Position numbers and translations under genes: made by a program. From the NCBI GenBank assembly GCA_036001465.1, contig DASYUH010000040.1, forward strand, positions 11,466-75,465: a stretch of DNA of 64,000 nt, read 5' to 3'. Positions 40,863 to 50,762 of the stretch are shown here, piece by piece. The stretch is from Candidatus Polarisedimenticolia bacterium. GTDB lineage: Bacteria; Acidobacteriota; Polarisedimenticolia; Gp22-AA2. Position 1 is the stretch's first letter. Each line of letters begins with the position of its first letter. Under the pieces are notes generated by a model. The model had not been told where the DNA came from. It searched no databases and was given only the letters and a program-made list of their open reading frames with translations.

Positions 40863-42539
40863 TTGATCGGCCCGAGCGGACGCCGGTATAATCCCGTCGT
40901 GACCCTTCCGGAATCCCGATCCGCCCCGAGATCCGCATCCGGCGCCAGCGGTTCCCGCTTCCTGTCGCCGCCGCCCGAGGTGCGGATCACCAACGCCTTC
41001 GCCGGGGCGTTCGACAACGTCGTGGCGACCGCGCGGACGTGCTACTCCGGCTCGGGGATCGTGCGCGACGAGCAGATCCTGGGGGACCCGCTGGCTCCGC
41101 CCGAGGCGCGCGCGGAGCGCGCCCGGCGCCGCGATACGCTGGCGCGCGACCTGTACCAGGCCGGCCACCACACGACGCTCCAGCACGCCCATTTCCAGTT
41201 CGCCCTGAGCAACGTCAGCCGGCAGTTCCTCTGGTCGTTCCTGCACAGCCATCCGTTCTACAACTCCGAGCAGGTCAGCCAGCGGTACGTGACGGTCAAG
41301 CCCGGCCATTACGCGGTCCCCCCGCTCGCCGGCCGGGCGCTCCAGGTCTACGAGGAGACGGTGGCCCTGCAGCAGCAGGCCTATGAGGACCTCTGCCGTC
41401 TCCTGCAGGGTCCCGTGTCGTCCGCCTATTACGCACGCTACCCGGCGCGCCGGCACTATCCGAAGAAGTACGAGAAGGAGGTGCAGAAGAAGGCGCAGGA
41501 GGTGGCGCGCTACGTCCTGCCGATCGCCACGTTCGCCTACCTGTACCACACCATCAGCGGGCTGACTCTGCTGCGCTACTACCGCACCTGCCTGGTCCCG
41601 GACGCGCCCCTGGAGCAGCGCCTCGTCGTCGGCCGCATGGTGGAGGAGCTGCTCGAGCGCGAGCCGGCCTACGCCGCGATTCTGGAGCAGCCGATCCCGG
41701 AGGAGGAGACGGCGGAGCACCGGGCGATGCAGGAGCACGCGGCGCGCGACGACGAGGGCCGGAAGTCGTTCCTCGAAGGGTTCGACCGGCAGCTCGGCGA
41801 CCGCGTGTCGCTCCTGGTGGACTATCCGGCCCACAACGAGGAGACGCTCGCGCAGTCGGTCCGGGAGGTCCTCGGCGTCGCGCGCGGGCGGCTGGCGGAC
41901 GACGAGGCGATCGCCCTGGCTCTCGACCCGGCCCGCAACGGCTATCTGGGCGAGGCGCTGAATCTCACGACGCTGTCCAAGCTGTCGCGCGCCCTGGTGC
42001 ACTGCCATTACACATTCCGCAAGCGCCTGAGCCACACCGCCGACTCGCAGAACCAGCGGCACCGGATGACCCCGGCTTCGCGGCCGATCCTGAACGCGCA
42101 CCTCACGTCCGAGCCGGACTTCGTGACGCCGATCCTGGTCGGGCAGGACGGGCCGAGCCTGAAGCGCTACCGCGAGGCCATGGAGGCGAGCTGGGACGGG
42201 TTCTCCCGCCTCCGCGCGCTCGGCGTGAGCGACGAGTTCGCCGCGTACGTTCTCCCGAACGCCCTGGCCATCCGCTTCACCGAGTCGGCCGGCCTTCTCG
42301 ACCTGCACCACAAGCACGCCATGCGCCTGTGCTACAACGCCCAGGAGGAGATCTGGCGCGCCTCGCTGGACGAGGCGCTGCAGATCCGCGCGGTGAACCC
42401 GCGCATCGGCCGCTACCTGCTGCCGCCCTGCAACATCCGGCAGATGGCGGCATCGCGGCCCATCTGCCCCGAGGGCCGGCGCTACTGCGGCGAGCGCGTC
42501 TGGACCTACCGGCTCGAAGACTACCGTCGCGTCATCTGA
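40863..42539 (+). CDS. thyX: Tandem-fused double ThyX-like protein (two flavin-dependent thymidylate synthase-like domains)
   Basis: Half 1 aligns to the T. maritima ThyX core (HxTxxHxxFxF, FLHSHPFYNSEQVSQRY versus FRHRIASYNELSGRY, ARYVLP). Half 2 has an intact QRHR motif, an insertion, SLKRY, and AAYVLPNALAIRF...AQEEI. Confidence 0.65.
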   Translation: MIGPSGRRYNPVVTLPESRSAPRSASGASGSRFLSPPPEVRITNAFAGAFDNVVATARTCYSGSGIVRDEQILGDPLAPPEARAERARRRDTLARDLYQAGHHTTLQHAHFQFALSNVSRQFLWSFLHSHPFYNSEQVSQRYVTVKPGHYAVPPLAGRALQVYEETVALQQQAYEDLCRLLQGPVSSAYYARYPARRHYPKKYEKEVQKKAQEVARYVLPIATFAYLYHTISGLTLLRYYRTCLVPDAPLEQRLVVGRMVEELLEREPAYAAILEQPIPEEETAEHRAMQEHAARDDEGRKSFLEGFDRQLGDRVSLLVDYPAHNEETLAQSVREVLGVARGRLADDEAIALALDPARNGYLGEALNLTTLSKLSRALVHCHYTFRKRLSHTADSQNQRHRMTPASRPILNAHLTSEPDFVTPILVGQDGPSLKRYREAMEASWDGFSRLRALGVSDEFAAYVLPNALAIRFTESAGLLDLHHKHAMRLCYNAQEEIWRASLDEALQIRAVNPRIGRYLLPPCNIRQMAASRPICPEGRRYCGERVWTYRLEDYRRVI

Positions 42540-42556
42540 CGGCTGCCCGGGATCCC

Positions 42557-43186
42557 ATGAGCGACGAGCCCGAGGACGCGCCGGACCTGGAGATTCCGCC
42601 CGGCCGCGTGGGCGGCCCGTTCGACTTCGAGGCCCTGTTCGGGAACCGCCGCCCCGTCGAGATGGAGATCGGCATCGGCAAGGGCCGGTTCATGCTGGCG
42701 CAGGCCGAGGCCCGCCCGGAGGTGAACTTCCTCGGGGTCGAATGGTCGCTGAAGTACCTTCGGGTGGCCCGGGACAGGGCCCGGCGCCGGGGCCTCGGAA
42801 ACGTCCGCCTGTTCCGCGCCGATGCCCGCCACGTGCTGGCCGCCCTGGTGCCGGACGGCTCGCTCGCGCGGGTGCACGTCTATTGCCCCGATCCCTGGCC
42901 GAAGAAGCGGCACCGCAAGCGAAGGCTGTTCACCGAAGAGACCGCCGCGCACCTGGGCCGCGTGCTCGCGGGCGGCGGTTACCTGCATGTGTCGACCGAC
43001 GTCCTGGAGTATTTCGAGGAGATCACGACCGTCGTGCCGGCGCACTCGGGCCTCAGGAAGGCCGTCGATCCGCTGTTCCCGGACGACGGTACCGAGGGGC
43101 GGACGAACTACGAGGCCAAGTACGTGCAGGCGGGACGGACGATTCACCGCGCCGCCTACACGGCTCCGTTCAGGGGACCTCGATGA
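42557..43186 (+). CDS. trmB: tRNA (guanine46-N7)-methyltransferase
   Basis: TrmB motifs (EIGIGKGRF, FLGVE, YCPDPWPKKRHRKRRL). Confidence 0.85.
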   Translation: MSDEPEDAPDLEIPPGRVGGPFDFEALFGNRRPVEMEIGIGKGRFMLAQAEARPEVNFLGVEWSLKYLRVARDRARRRGLGNVRLFRADARHVLAALVPDGSLARVHVYCPDPWPKKRHRKRRLFTEETAAHLGRVLAGGGYLHVSTDVLEYFEEITTVVPAHSGLRKAVDPLFPDDGTEGRTNYEAKYVQAGRTIHRAAYTAPFRGPR

Positions 43187-43484
43187 TGATGTCTCCCGAC
43201 TCCACGCGGACGGGATAGCAGCGCACCTTCATTTCGGAGTCGATGGGGGACTCCCCCGTGCGGACGTCGAAGGTCCAGCCGTGCCATGGACAGGAGACGA
43301 TCGACTCCCCCTCCAGGTACCCCTCCCCCAGCGGTCCGCCCTGGTGGGGGCAGGTGTTGTCGATGGCGTGCAGCTCCCCCCCCACGTTGAAAATCGCCAC
43401 CACGTGCTCGTTGACCTGCACGACCTTGCTGCTGCCGGGCGGGATCTCCTCCGCGCGGCCGCAGCGCGCCTTGATCGGCATCAT
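43170..43484 (-). CDS. Rieske [2Fe-2S] domain protein (ferredoxin subunit-like)
   Basis: CPHQGGPL...CPWHGW Rieske boxes. Confidence 0.8.
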   Translation of the reverse strand: MMPIKARCGRAEEIPPGSSKVVQVNEHVVAIFNVGGELHAIDNTCPHQGGPLGEGYLEGESIVSCPWHGWTFDVRTGESPIDSEMKVRCYPVRVESGDIIIEVP

Positions 43485-43490
43485 CGTTCC

Positions 43491-43844
43491 TCAGCGAATC
43501 AGATCGTCCTCGATGTTGGTCTTGCCGTAGCGCGCCCCGCAGGCGGCGACGAAGCGGTGGGCCACCTGCGCCAGCGCCCGGCGCACTCCGGAGGTCTTCT
43601 CCGGGTCGGTCAGCGGCTCGAGCCGCACGGTGAGGCCGTCGTCCCGATGCGACAGCTGGATGAAGAATTTCTGCGTGTGGCCCGTCTCGACGACCACCAT
43701 CTCGATGAGGGCCGCGCGCGCCTCCCGCTCCCGGTAGAAGCGCTCCGCCTTGATGATCAGGCCGCCCTCCCGGTGGACGAACGGCTCGAAGCGGCGCTCG
43801 GCCACGTCGATGGTGATGTCTCCCTCCAGGACCACGTGCGGCAC
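43491..43844 (-). CDS. Hypothetical protein (117 aa)
   Basis: Unbiased composition, immediately upstream of the Rieske gene. No recognised domain. Confidence 0.4.
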   Translation of the reverse strand: MPHVVLEGDITIDVAERRFEPFVHREGGLIIKAERFYREREARAALIEMVVVETGHTQKFFIQLSHRDDGLTVRLEPLTDPEKTSGVRRALAQVAHRFVAACGARYGKTNIEDDLIR

Positions 43845-43871
43845 GCGTGCTTCCTAGGCCGGGCCGGTGGC

Positions 43872-44357
43872 TCAGGCGAGCTCGGTCCGGACGAACTCCA
43901 GGACTTCTTCGGCGTGCTCCCGCACCTTGACCTTGGGGTAGACGCGACGGATGGTGCCGGTGGCGTCGATGACGAACGTGGCCCGGTGGATGCCGAAGAA
44001 CTCGCGACCGAGAAAGCTCTTCTTGCCGAAGACGCCGTAGGCGGTGGCGACCTCGGCGCTCGGATCGCTCAACAGGAGGAAGGGCAGCCGGTGCTTGCTG
44101 GAGAAGGTCTGGTGCGAGTCCGGCGCGTCGCGGCTCACCCCGAGGATGACGGTGTCGTGCGCCTCGTAGTCCCCGTACGCGTCGCGGAAGGCGCAGGCTT
44201 CCATGGTGCATCCCGGGGTCGAGTCTTTCGGATAGAAGTAGAGCACGAGGTTCTTCTTGCCGATGAAATCCTTCAGGCCCACGGTCTTGCCCCCGGTCCC
44301 CACCAGATTGAAATCGGGAGCCTTCGAGCCCACCTGCGGTAACGCGTCCATCTCCAT
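43872..44357 (-). CDS. bcp: Thiol peroxidase Bcp (peroxiredoxin)
   Basis: Peroxidatic Cys in PKDSTPGCT. Confidence 0.85.
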   Translation of the reverse strand: MEMDALPQVGSKAPDFNLVGTGGKTVGLKDFIGKKNLVLYFYPKDSTPGCTMEACAFRDAYGDYEAHDTVILGVSRDAPDSHQTFSSKHRLPFLLLSDPSAEVATAYGVFGKKSFLGREFFGIHRATFVIDATGTIRRVYPKVKVREHAEEVLEFVRTELA

Positions 44358-44545
44358 GCCGCGCCTCCTGACGATTGCCGGGCCCCGTCCGTTTGACGCC
44401 CGGACCACGATGATCTCGAGTGGGTGCAATTCTATCACAGCGCCCGCGGGCCACGGAGTCTGTCCGGGTATTCGGCCGGCGCGCCCGCGAATGGCACCGG
44501 GCCCGCGCGTCGTTGTGGAGCGGGCCGGCGCTCTGTTAGCATGCG

Positions 44546-46033
44546 GTGATGAGAGCCCGAAGTCGCCGCCGGCGGGTGCGGCTCGAGCGCGATCCGCTCG
44601 GGAGCCTGGCCGTGCCGGCGGACGCCTACTACGGCATCCAGACCCGACGCGCGATGCTCAACTTCCCGATCAGCGGCCGCCGCCTTCCTCCCGTCTTCGT
44701 CCGCGCGTACGCCCACATCAAGCACGCGGCCGCGGGCGTAAACGTGTCGCTGGGGCTTCTGGATCGAAGGCGGGGTGCGGCGATCCGCCGGGCGGCGTCC
44801 GAGATTCTCGCCGGACGCCACCTGGACCAGATGGTGATCGATGTGTACCAGGCCGGTGCGGGAACGTCCCAGAACATGAACCTGAACGAGGTCCTCGCGA
44901 ACCGGGCGATCGAGATCCTCGGCGGAGATCGCGGGGACTATTCCGTGGTCCACCCGAACGATCACGTCAACCTGTCGCAGTCCACGAACGACACCTTCCC
45001 GTCCGCCTTGCGCATCAGCGTCCTCCTGGCCCTGCCCGGCCTTCTCCGCTCGCTGCGGGCGTGCGAGGCGGAGCTGCGGGCGCTGGAGCGCCGGTTCCAC
45101 GACACCGTGAAGACGGCGCGCACGCACCTGCAGGACGCGGTGCCGATCACGCTGGGCCGGGAATTCGGCGCCTTCGCCACGATGGTGGACCGCGCCGCCC
45201 GCCGCGTCCGGGAGGCCTCGGCACCTCTCTCCCGGCTGAATCTTGGCGGAACGGCGGCGGGGACCGGCCTGAACGCCCACCCGCGCTATGCGAGCCGCGT
45301 GGCCCGCGCGCTCTCCCGGCAGACCGGCCTTCGTCTTCTCCCGGCCGGGGACCCGGTGGAGACCGCGATGTCGACCGCCGATTTCGCGGCCTTCTCCGCG
45401 GCGCTGCGCGGGGCGGCGATCGACCTGGGAAAGATCGCCTCCGACCTGCGCCTGCTGGCGTCCGGCCCCGTCGCGGGACTGGCGGAAATCCGGCTGCCCG
45501 CCGTGCAGCCGGGATCCTCGATGATGCCGGGCAAGGTCAATCCGGTGATGTGCGAGATGCTGAACATGGTCTGCTTCCAGGTGATCGGCTGTGACGAGAC
45601 GGTCGCCTGGGCCGCCGCGGCCGGGCAGCTCGAGCTGAACGTCATGCTGCCGGTGATCGCCCACAATGTCCTCGAGTCGATCGCCCTCCTGGAGGCGGCG
45701 GTCGCGGCGGTCGCGCGGCGCGGACTTCGGGGGATCCGGGCCGACACCGCGCGCTGCCGTTTCTATTTCGAGAGGAGCCCGACCCTGGCGACGGCCCTGG
45801 CGCCCGTCCTGGGCTACGCGAAGGCGGCGGAGATGGCGAAGGAGTCCATCCGGACCGGGAAGACGATCGCGACCCTCGCGATCGAGAGCGGCCTGTTGAA
45901 GCGGGAGGCCATCCGCCGCGCCCTCGACCCGGATCGCCTGACGCGACCGGGCATTTTGAAGGCCGTGCGGCCGGCGCGTCTCAGGCGCCGCGGGCGCGAC
46001 GCTTCAGGCTCCGCGCGATCGCGTAGAGACTGA
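44546..46033 (+). CDS. Aspartate ammonia-lyase / class II fumarase family lyase
   Basis: GSSMMPGKVNP signature. Cannot separate AspA from FumC by eye. Confidence 0.85.
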   Translation: MMRARSRRRRVRLERDPLGSLAVPADAYYGIQTRRAMLNFPISGRRLPPVFVRAYAHIKHAAAGVNVSLGLLDRRRGAAIRRAASEILAGRHLDQMVIDVYQAGAGTSQNMNLNEVLANRAIEILGGDRGDYSVVHPNDHVNLSQSTNDTFPSALRISVLLALPGLLRSLRACEAELRALERRFHDTVKTARTHLQDAVPITLGREFGAFATMVDRAARRVREASAPLSRLNLGGTAAGTGLNAHPRYASRVARALSRQTGLRLLPAGDPVETAMSTADFAAFSAALRGAAIDLGKIASDLRLLASGPVAGLAEIRLPAVQPGSSMMPGKVNPVMCEMLNMVCFQVIGCDETVAWAAAAGQLELNVMLPVIAHNVLESIALLEAAVAAVARRGLRGIRADTARCRFYFERSPTLATALAPVLGYAKAAEMAKESIRTGKTIATLAIESGLLKREAIRRALDPDRLTRPGILKAVRPARLRRRGRDASGSARSRRD

Positions 46034-46226
46034 TGGCGGTCCACGCCCCTTCGAGCAGGATGAATCCGAACTGGGAGGCATCGACCGCCACGCCGAAGAG
46101 GATCGCCCCTCCCACGGCGTTGACGATGTGGTAGGCCAGCGACTCGCGCCCGAGGCGCCCCGCCTGGTGCGCGGCGTAGGCCGCCAGGATCAGAGCCGCC
46201 CCGAGAAGCGACGCCACCTGGATCAT
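45981..46226 (-). CDS. Possible small two-TM membrane protein
   Basis: Hydrophobic 80 aa ORF (MIQVASLLGAALILAAY...). Overlaps the lyase 3' end by ~50 nt, so uncertain. Confidence 0.3.
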   Translation of the reverse strand: MIQVASLLGAALILAAYAAHQAGRLGRESLAYHIVNAVGGAILFGVAVDASQFGFILLEGAWTAISLYAIARSLKRRARGA

Positions 46227-46257
46227 GGGCGCCTCTCCGCTGCCGCCCGGCCGCCCA

Positions 46258-47277
46258 TCAGGACGCGGCAGGCAGACTGCGCTCCACCTTGGCCTGCTCC
46301 TTGAGGCGATCGACGTAGGCGCGGATCCGCGCCTCGCGCCCGCGCGCCAGGAGCCGGGCGCGGATCGCATTCTTGGCGTCCTCGAACGGGATCGGGCCCT
46401 CCGGCCGCCTGGACGCGACCTTGATGATGTGCAGGCCGTAGCGCGACTCGATCACGTCGCTGACCATGCCGGGCTCCAGCGAGAACGCCACCTTCTCGAT
46501 GGCGGGGGGCCCCTTCCCCCTGATGAGGAGCCCCGCGTCGCCGCCCGCGGCGGCCTCGGCCCCCTCGGAATGCCTGCGCGCCAGCTGGGCGAAGTCCTCT
46601 CCGGCGCGGAGCTCCTTGAGGATCGCCTCGATCTTCTGGCGGGCGGCGGCCCGCTCCGCCTGCGAGGCCGAGGGGGTGACGCGCACCATGATCTGGCTCA
46701 GGCGCACGGCTTCGGGGCGCACCATCTCGGCCGGGTTCTGATCGTAATAGCGCCGGACCTCCTCGTCCGTCACTTCGAGCCCGGACAGGACCTCCCGGTC
46801 GACGAAGCGCGTCACGATCAGGGTCCTTCGGAGCTGCTCCTTGATCTCGGCCTCGGTGACCCCGGTCTCCTTCAGGACGTCCGCGAACTCCGAGGCGGAC
46901 GGGAAGCCGTCCCGCAGGGTCTTGAATTCCGCTTCGATCCGCTCCTCCGGGACCGCGGCATCGGCCTTGGACGCCTTCTGGTACAGAAGCTCGTTCTCGA
47001 TCAGCTGCTCCAGGACCTTCTCGCGCACCGACTGCAGCTCCTTGAGCCCGTCCCGTCCCGGCCGCCGGCCGCGGAACTGGAGCTGCACGGCCGCCTCGAA
47101 GTCGCGCCGCAGGATCGGCCGGCCATTGACCCTGGCGACGGAATCCGCGGGGGCCTCCCCCGCGCCCGGCGCCGCGAGCCCCGGGGCGCAGGCCAGGAGC
47201 AGCAGCCCGAGGAGGGCGGGGACGCGCACGGCCCGGGCGCTGCCGAAGAGCAGGGAACGACGGAGAGGGGAAGGCAT
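46258..47277 (-). CDS. SurA/PpiC-type peptidyl-prolyl cis-trans isomerase
   Basis: Signal peptide, SurA_N-like chaperone region, parvulin domain (GGDAGLLIRGK...YGLHIIKV). Confidence 0.75.
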   Translation of the reverse strand: MPSPLRRSLLFGSARAVRVPALLGLLLLACAPGLAAPGAGEAPADSVARVNGRPILRRDFEAAVQLQFRGRRPGRDGLKELQSVREKVLEQLIENELLYQKASKADAAVPEERIEAEFKTLRDGFPSASEFADVLKETGVTEAEIKEQLRRTLIVTRFVDREVLSGLEVTDEEVRRYYDQNPAEMVRPEAVRLSQIMVRVTPSASQAERAAARQKIEAILKELRAGEDFAQLARRHSEGAEAAAGGDAGLLIRGKGPPAIEKVAFSLEPGMVSDVIESRYGLHIIKVASRRPEGPIPFEDAKNAIRARLLARGREARIRAYVDRLKEQAKVERSLPAAS

Positions 47278-47281
47278 GGTG

Positions 47282-48364
47282 TCAGGTCCGGGCCGTGATC
47301 TCCTGCTCGTACTTCCTGTACGTGTTGACGCTGATGATCGCCGCGAGCTTTTCGGCCATGTCCTTGAACGCGAGGGCCGGGCCGGACTTCGGATCGTACA
47401 CGACGACGGGGCGGCCGTCATCGCCCCCCTGCCGCAGCCGGACGTCGAGCGGAATCTCTCCCAGGAACGCCGTCTCGAACTGCTCCGCCACCCGCTTGCC
47501 GCCGCCGTGGCTGAAGATCTCGACCCGCTCGCCGCAGTGCGGGCAGCCGAAGTAGGACATGTTCTCGACCACGCCGAGGATCGGCACGTTCACCTTCCGG
47601 AACATCGCCGCCGCCTTGCGCACGTCGAGGAGGGCCACGTCCTGCGGGGTCGTAACCAGCACCGCCCCGGTCAGGGGGATGATCTGGGACAGGGTGAGCT
47701 GGACGTCGCCGGTGCCGGGCGGCAGGTCGATGAAGAGATAGTCGAGCTTCCCCCACAGCACGTCCCCCAGGAACTGCTTCATGGCGCCGTGCAGCATGGG
47801 ACCGCGCCAGACGACCGGCTCGTCCTCCTTCAGGAAGAAGGCCATCGACATCATCTTGATGCCGTGGATCGGCACCGGCAGGAGCTTGCGGTCCTGCACC
47901 TCGGGCTTCAGCTTCAGGCCCAGCATCTGCGGATCGTTCGGCCCGTAGATGTCGGCGTCCATCAGCCCGACGGCGGCGCCGGCGCGCGCGAAGGCCAGCG
48001 CCAGGTTCACGCTCACCGTGGACTTGCCGACTCCCCCCTTCCCCGAGCCGATGGCGACCACGTTCGCCACCTCCGGGATCAGCCCCCCCTCGGTCTCGAT
48101 ACTCCGGCGTACCTTGGCCCCCATCTTGAGGTCGACGGAGGCGACTCCGGGAAGCCGCGACAGGGCGTCCCGGACGTCCTTCTCGATCTGGGCCTTCAGC
48201 GGACATCCGGGGGTCGTGAGGTTCACCGTCAGGGAGACCTTGTCCCCATCGACGAGGAGGTTCTCGATCATGCCGAGCGAGACGATGTCGACGTTCAGCT
48301 CGGGATCCTTCACCGTCCGGAGGGCGTCCAGGACGATGGCCGGCTCGTTGCGCGGCGCGCTCAC
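47282..48364 (-). CDS. apbC: Fe-S cluster carrier P-loop NTPase ApbC/Mrp (NUBPL/Ind1 homolog)
   Basis: N-terminal DUF59-like, Walker A GKGGVGKST, CPHC motif. Confidence 0.9.
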   Translation of the reverse strand: MSAPRNEPAIVLDALRTVKDPELNVDIVSLGMIENLLVDGDKVSLTVNLTTPGCPLKAQIEKDVRDALSRLPGVASVDLKMGAKVRRSIETEGGLIPEVANVVAIGSGKGGVGKSTVSVNLALAFARAGAAVGLMDADIYGPNDPQMLGLKLKPEVQDRKLLPVPIHGIKMMSMAFFLKEDEPVVWRGPMLHGAMKQFLGDVLWGKLDYLFIDLPPGTGDVQLTLSQIIPLTGAVLVTTPQDVALLDVRKAAAMFRKVNVPILGVVENMSYFGCPHCGERVEIFSHGGGKRVAEQFETAFLGEIPLDVRLRQGGDDGRPVVVYDPKSGPALAFKDMAEKLAAIISVNTYRKYEQEITART

Positions 48365-49617
48365 GATCGATCCTCCGCGTCCTCGGCGGCGGCGCCGCGC
48401 GGCGGCGGCAGCGGCGTCGCGGCCGCCGCTTCAAGGGTACCGGCCCAGGGGCGGGACAGCCCGGTGAGGTCGCGCGTCACCTCTCCCACGCCGAGGACGA
48501 GCACCTTGAAGCGATCTCCCATCCCGCCGGGCAGGACCAGGTCCTTGAGAGCCTCCCGTTCCTCGATCGCCTCGACCCGCCGTGCCACGGGGACAGGCAC
48601 CTGCCCGGGACCGCCGGCCGCGACGGCCGCCGGCACCGCCAGGAAATCGAGCGCTCCCAGCGCGAGAAGGAACCGCGATTGGGTCGTGAGGCCCAGGAGG
48701 CGCGCGCCGGCGGTCTCCGCCGCGCGCTTCACGGCGGTGAAATCGACGTGCGCGGTGAGATCCTGCTCTCCGGGCCTCAGGAGAAACTCCTCGTTGACTC
48801 GATGCCGGTGATACGCCAGGAGCGTGCCACGAGGGCGCGCCGGGACGTAGAGATCGCGGGCCTCGTATCCATAGTCCACGAGCACCATGTGGCCGCGCTG
48901 CAGCAGGCCGGCGGCCCAGGCCACCCAGCAGGGGGCGGCCAGGTTCAGGTCGACCTCCTGACCGTCCTCGAGAGTGATCTCCGAGTCGGCGAGGAATCGT
49001 CCCAACGCGTCGCTCGACAGCGGTCCCGTGATTTCCTCCAGCCGACCGTCCCGCGAGGCGACGTGGATCTCCCGCGGCCCGTCCGGCGTGCCCACGACGC
49101 GGTGCACCGGAAAAGCGTCCAGGACCTCGTTCGCGAACAGGCATCCGGCGAACTTGGCCCGCGCGTCGAGCTCCGGCTCGGTCAGCCACGAGACCGGGGC
49201 TGCACCGCGCCCTCCCAGTCGGGCGCGCTGGCGATCCCTGAGGGCGCGGCTCGGTTCGACCATCAGGTACCGAAGGGCCCGTAGAAACCCGTCGTGCCGC
49301 GCCGCTTCCTGCAGGAAATCCCAGGCGAAGTGCCCCTCACCGGGACCGAACTCGACGAACAGGTACGGGTCGGGGCGGCCGGTACGCCGCCACATCTCCT
49401 CGGCCTGGCGGGCGATCAGCGCCCCGAAGGCGCGATGCAGGCCGCTGCTCGTGAGATAGTCCCGCCCGCCGCCGCCCCCGAGACCCCGCGTGTAATATCC
49501 GTGGGTCGGGTGGTACAGGCACATCTCCATGAACCGGGCGAAGGGGATCGGCCCGCGGCCGGCGATCTCCGCGGCGATTTCAGCCTCGAGGCGGTCACGG
49601 GTGTCGGAGGCAGCCAT
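48361..49617 (-). CDS. MidA-family SAM-dependent methyltransferase (DUF185; NDUFAF7 homolog)
   Basis: MidA-like N-terminus (FMEMCLYHPTHGYYT) and methyltransferase fold. Confidence 0.7.
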   Translation of the reverse strand: MAASDTRDRLEAEIAAEIAGRGPIPFARFMEMCLYHPTHGYYTRGLGGGGGRDYLTSSGLHRAFGALIARQAEEMWRRTGRPDPYLFVEFGPGEGHFAWDFLQEAARHDGFLRALRYLMVEPSRALRDRQRARLGGRGAAPVSWLTEPELDARAKFAGCLFANEVLDAFPVHRVVGTPDGPREIHVASRDGRLEEITGPLSSDALGRFLADSEITLEDGQEVDLNLAAPCWVAWAAGLLQRGHMVLVDYGYEARDLYVPARPRGTLLAYHRHRVNEEFLLRPGEQDLTAHVDFTAVKRAAETAGARLLGLTTQSRFLLALGALDFLAVPAAVAAGGPGQVPVPVARRVEAIEEREALKDLVLPGGMGDRFKVLVLGVGEVTRDLTGLSRPWAGTLEAAAATPLPPPRGAAAEDAEDRS

Positions 49618-49651
49618 CGCCTAGGAGCCTGTCCGAGTATCGGTACGGGCC
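49618..49651 (-). repeat. Copy A of the ~30 nt dispersed element. On the minus strand it reads CGCGGCCCGTACCGATACTCGGACAGGCTCCTAG-gcg-ATG(midA)
   Basis: Overlaps the last 10 codons and stop of nuoB and ends 3 nt before the midA start codon. Confidence 0.6.
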
Positions 49652-50202
49652 GCGCGAGCGGCGGCCCCGGGGAGCGCCTTGCCCCGCCCGGAGCCCGCCT
49701 GCTCCTCCACCAGTCGCTGCACCTGCATGATCCCTTCGATCAGGGCCTCGGGGCGCGGCGGGCAGCCGGGAATGTAGACGTCCACGGGAATGATCTCGTC
49801 CACCCCCTGAACGACCGGGTAGGATCGGAACATCCCTCCCGATGAGGCGCACGCCCCCATCGCGATGACCCATTTCGGCTCGGGCATCTGGTCGTAGATC
49901 CGCTTCACCGCCGGCGCCATCTTCTTGGTGACGGTCCCCGCCACGATCATCATGTCGGCCTGTCGCGGCGAGAAGCGCAGCGCCTCCGCCCCGAAGCGCG
50001 CCACGTCGTAGCGCGGCGCCACCATCGCCATCAGCTCGATGGCGCAGCAGGCCAGCCCCATCGGCATCGGCCAGAGCGAGTTCTTGCGGCCCCAGGCGAC
50101 GTAATCGGCCAGCCGGGTCGTGAGCAGCCACTGGTCCAGGGCGCCCTCCTCGTGCCTCCCGGCGAGGGCGGCGGCCGCGTCGCGGTTCGGGGCGTCGCTC
50201 AA
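49621..50202 (-). CDS. nuoB: NADH-quinone oxidoreductase subunit B-like (NuoB / [NiFe]-hydrogenase small-subunit fold)
   Basis: [23 protein letters not shown]. No in-frame ATG; putative TTG start at 50202 overlaps the nuoI stop. Confidence 0.8.
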   Translation of the reverse strand: MSDAPNRDAAAALAGRHEEGALDQWLLTTRLADYVAWGRKNSLWPMPMGLACCAIELMAMVAPRYDVARFGAEALRFSPRQADMMIVAGTVTKKMAPAVKRIYDQMPEPKWVIAMGACASSGGMFRSYPVVQGVDEIIPVDVYIPGCPPRPEALIEGIMQVQRLVEEQAGSGRGKALPGAAARAARTDTRTGS

Positions 50203-50762
50203 CGGACCGCGCTCCTCTCCCCGCCCGCGGTCCCGGTCGCGGCCTTCTCCGCTCCGCCAACGAGACGCGACCACTTCCGGATCGAATCCGGACGGATGCC
50301 GCCCATTTCGAGCAGCTTCTCCTTGGGGAAGATCATGTCCTCGCGGCTCAGGCCGACCGTCGAGTATTCCCGGGTCAGGAAAATCGCCTGCTCGGGGCAG
50401 ACCTCCTCGCAATACCCGCACATGATGCAGCGCAGCATGTTGATGTCGAACACCTTCGGTCCCTTCTCGACACCCGTCTCGATCTCCTGCGCCTCGATGT
50501 GGATGGCCTTGGGCGGGCAGACGTACTCGCACAGAAAGCACGCGACGCATTTCACGCGCTCGGCCTGGTCGCGCACCAGGGCCGGCAGGCCGCGGTAACG
50601 CTCGGGCATCGCCCATGTCTGCTCGGGGTACTGCATCGTCACCTTGCGCCGGAACAGGTGCCGGAAGGTGATCCACATCCCCTTGAGGATCGACGGAAGG
50701 TAGGTCAGCTCGAGAAGGGTCGGTCTGCCCGGGCGATTCACCGGCTTGCCGATCAATGGCAT
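50199..50762 (-). CDS. nuoI: NADH-quinone oxidoreductase subunit I-like (2x[4Fe-4S] ferredoxin)
   Basis: [12 protein letters not shown] and [12 protein letters not shown] plus NuoI-specific N-terminal region ([15 protein letters not shown]). Confidence 0.85.
   Translation of the reverse strand: MPLIGKPVNRPGRPTLLELTYLPSILKGMWITFRHLFRRKVTMQYPEQTWAMPERYRGLPALVRDQAERVKCVACFLCEYVCPPKAIHIEAQEIETGVEKGPKVFDINMLRCIMCGYCEEVCPEQAIFLTREYSTVGLSREDMIFPKEKLLEMGGIRPDSIRKWSRLVGGAEKAATGTAGGERSAVR

Noticed and set aside
45981-46226. Treating the 80 aa membrane ORF as a confident gene.
   Set aside because: It overlaps the 3' end of the aspA/fumC-type gene by ~50 nt on the opposite strand. Kept only as a low-confidence feature.
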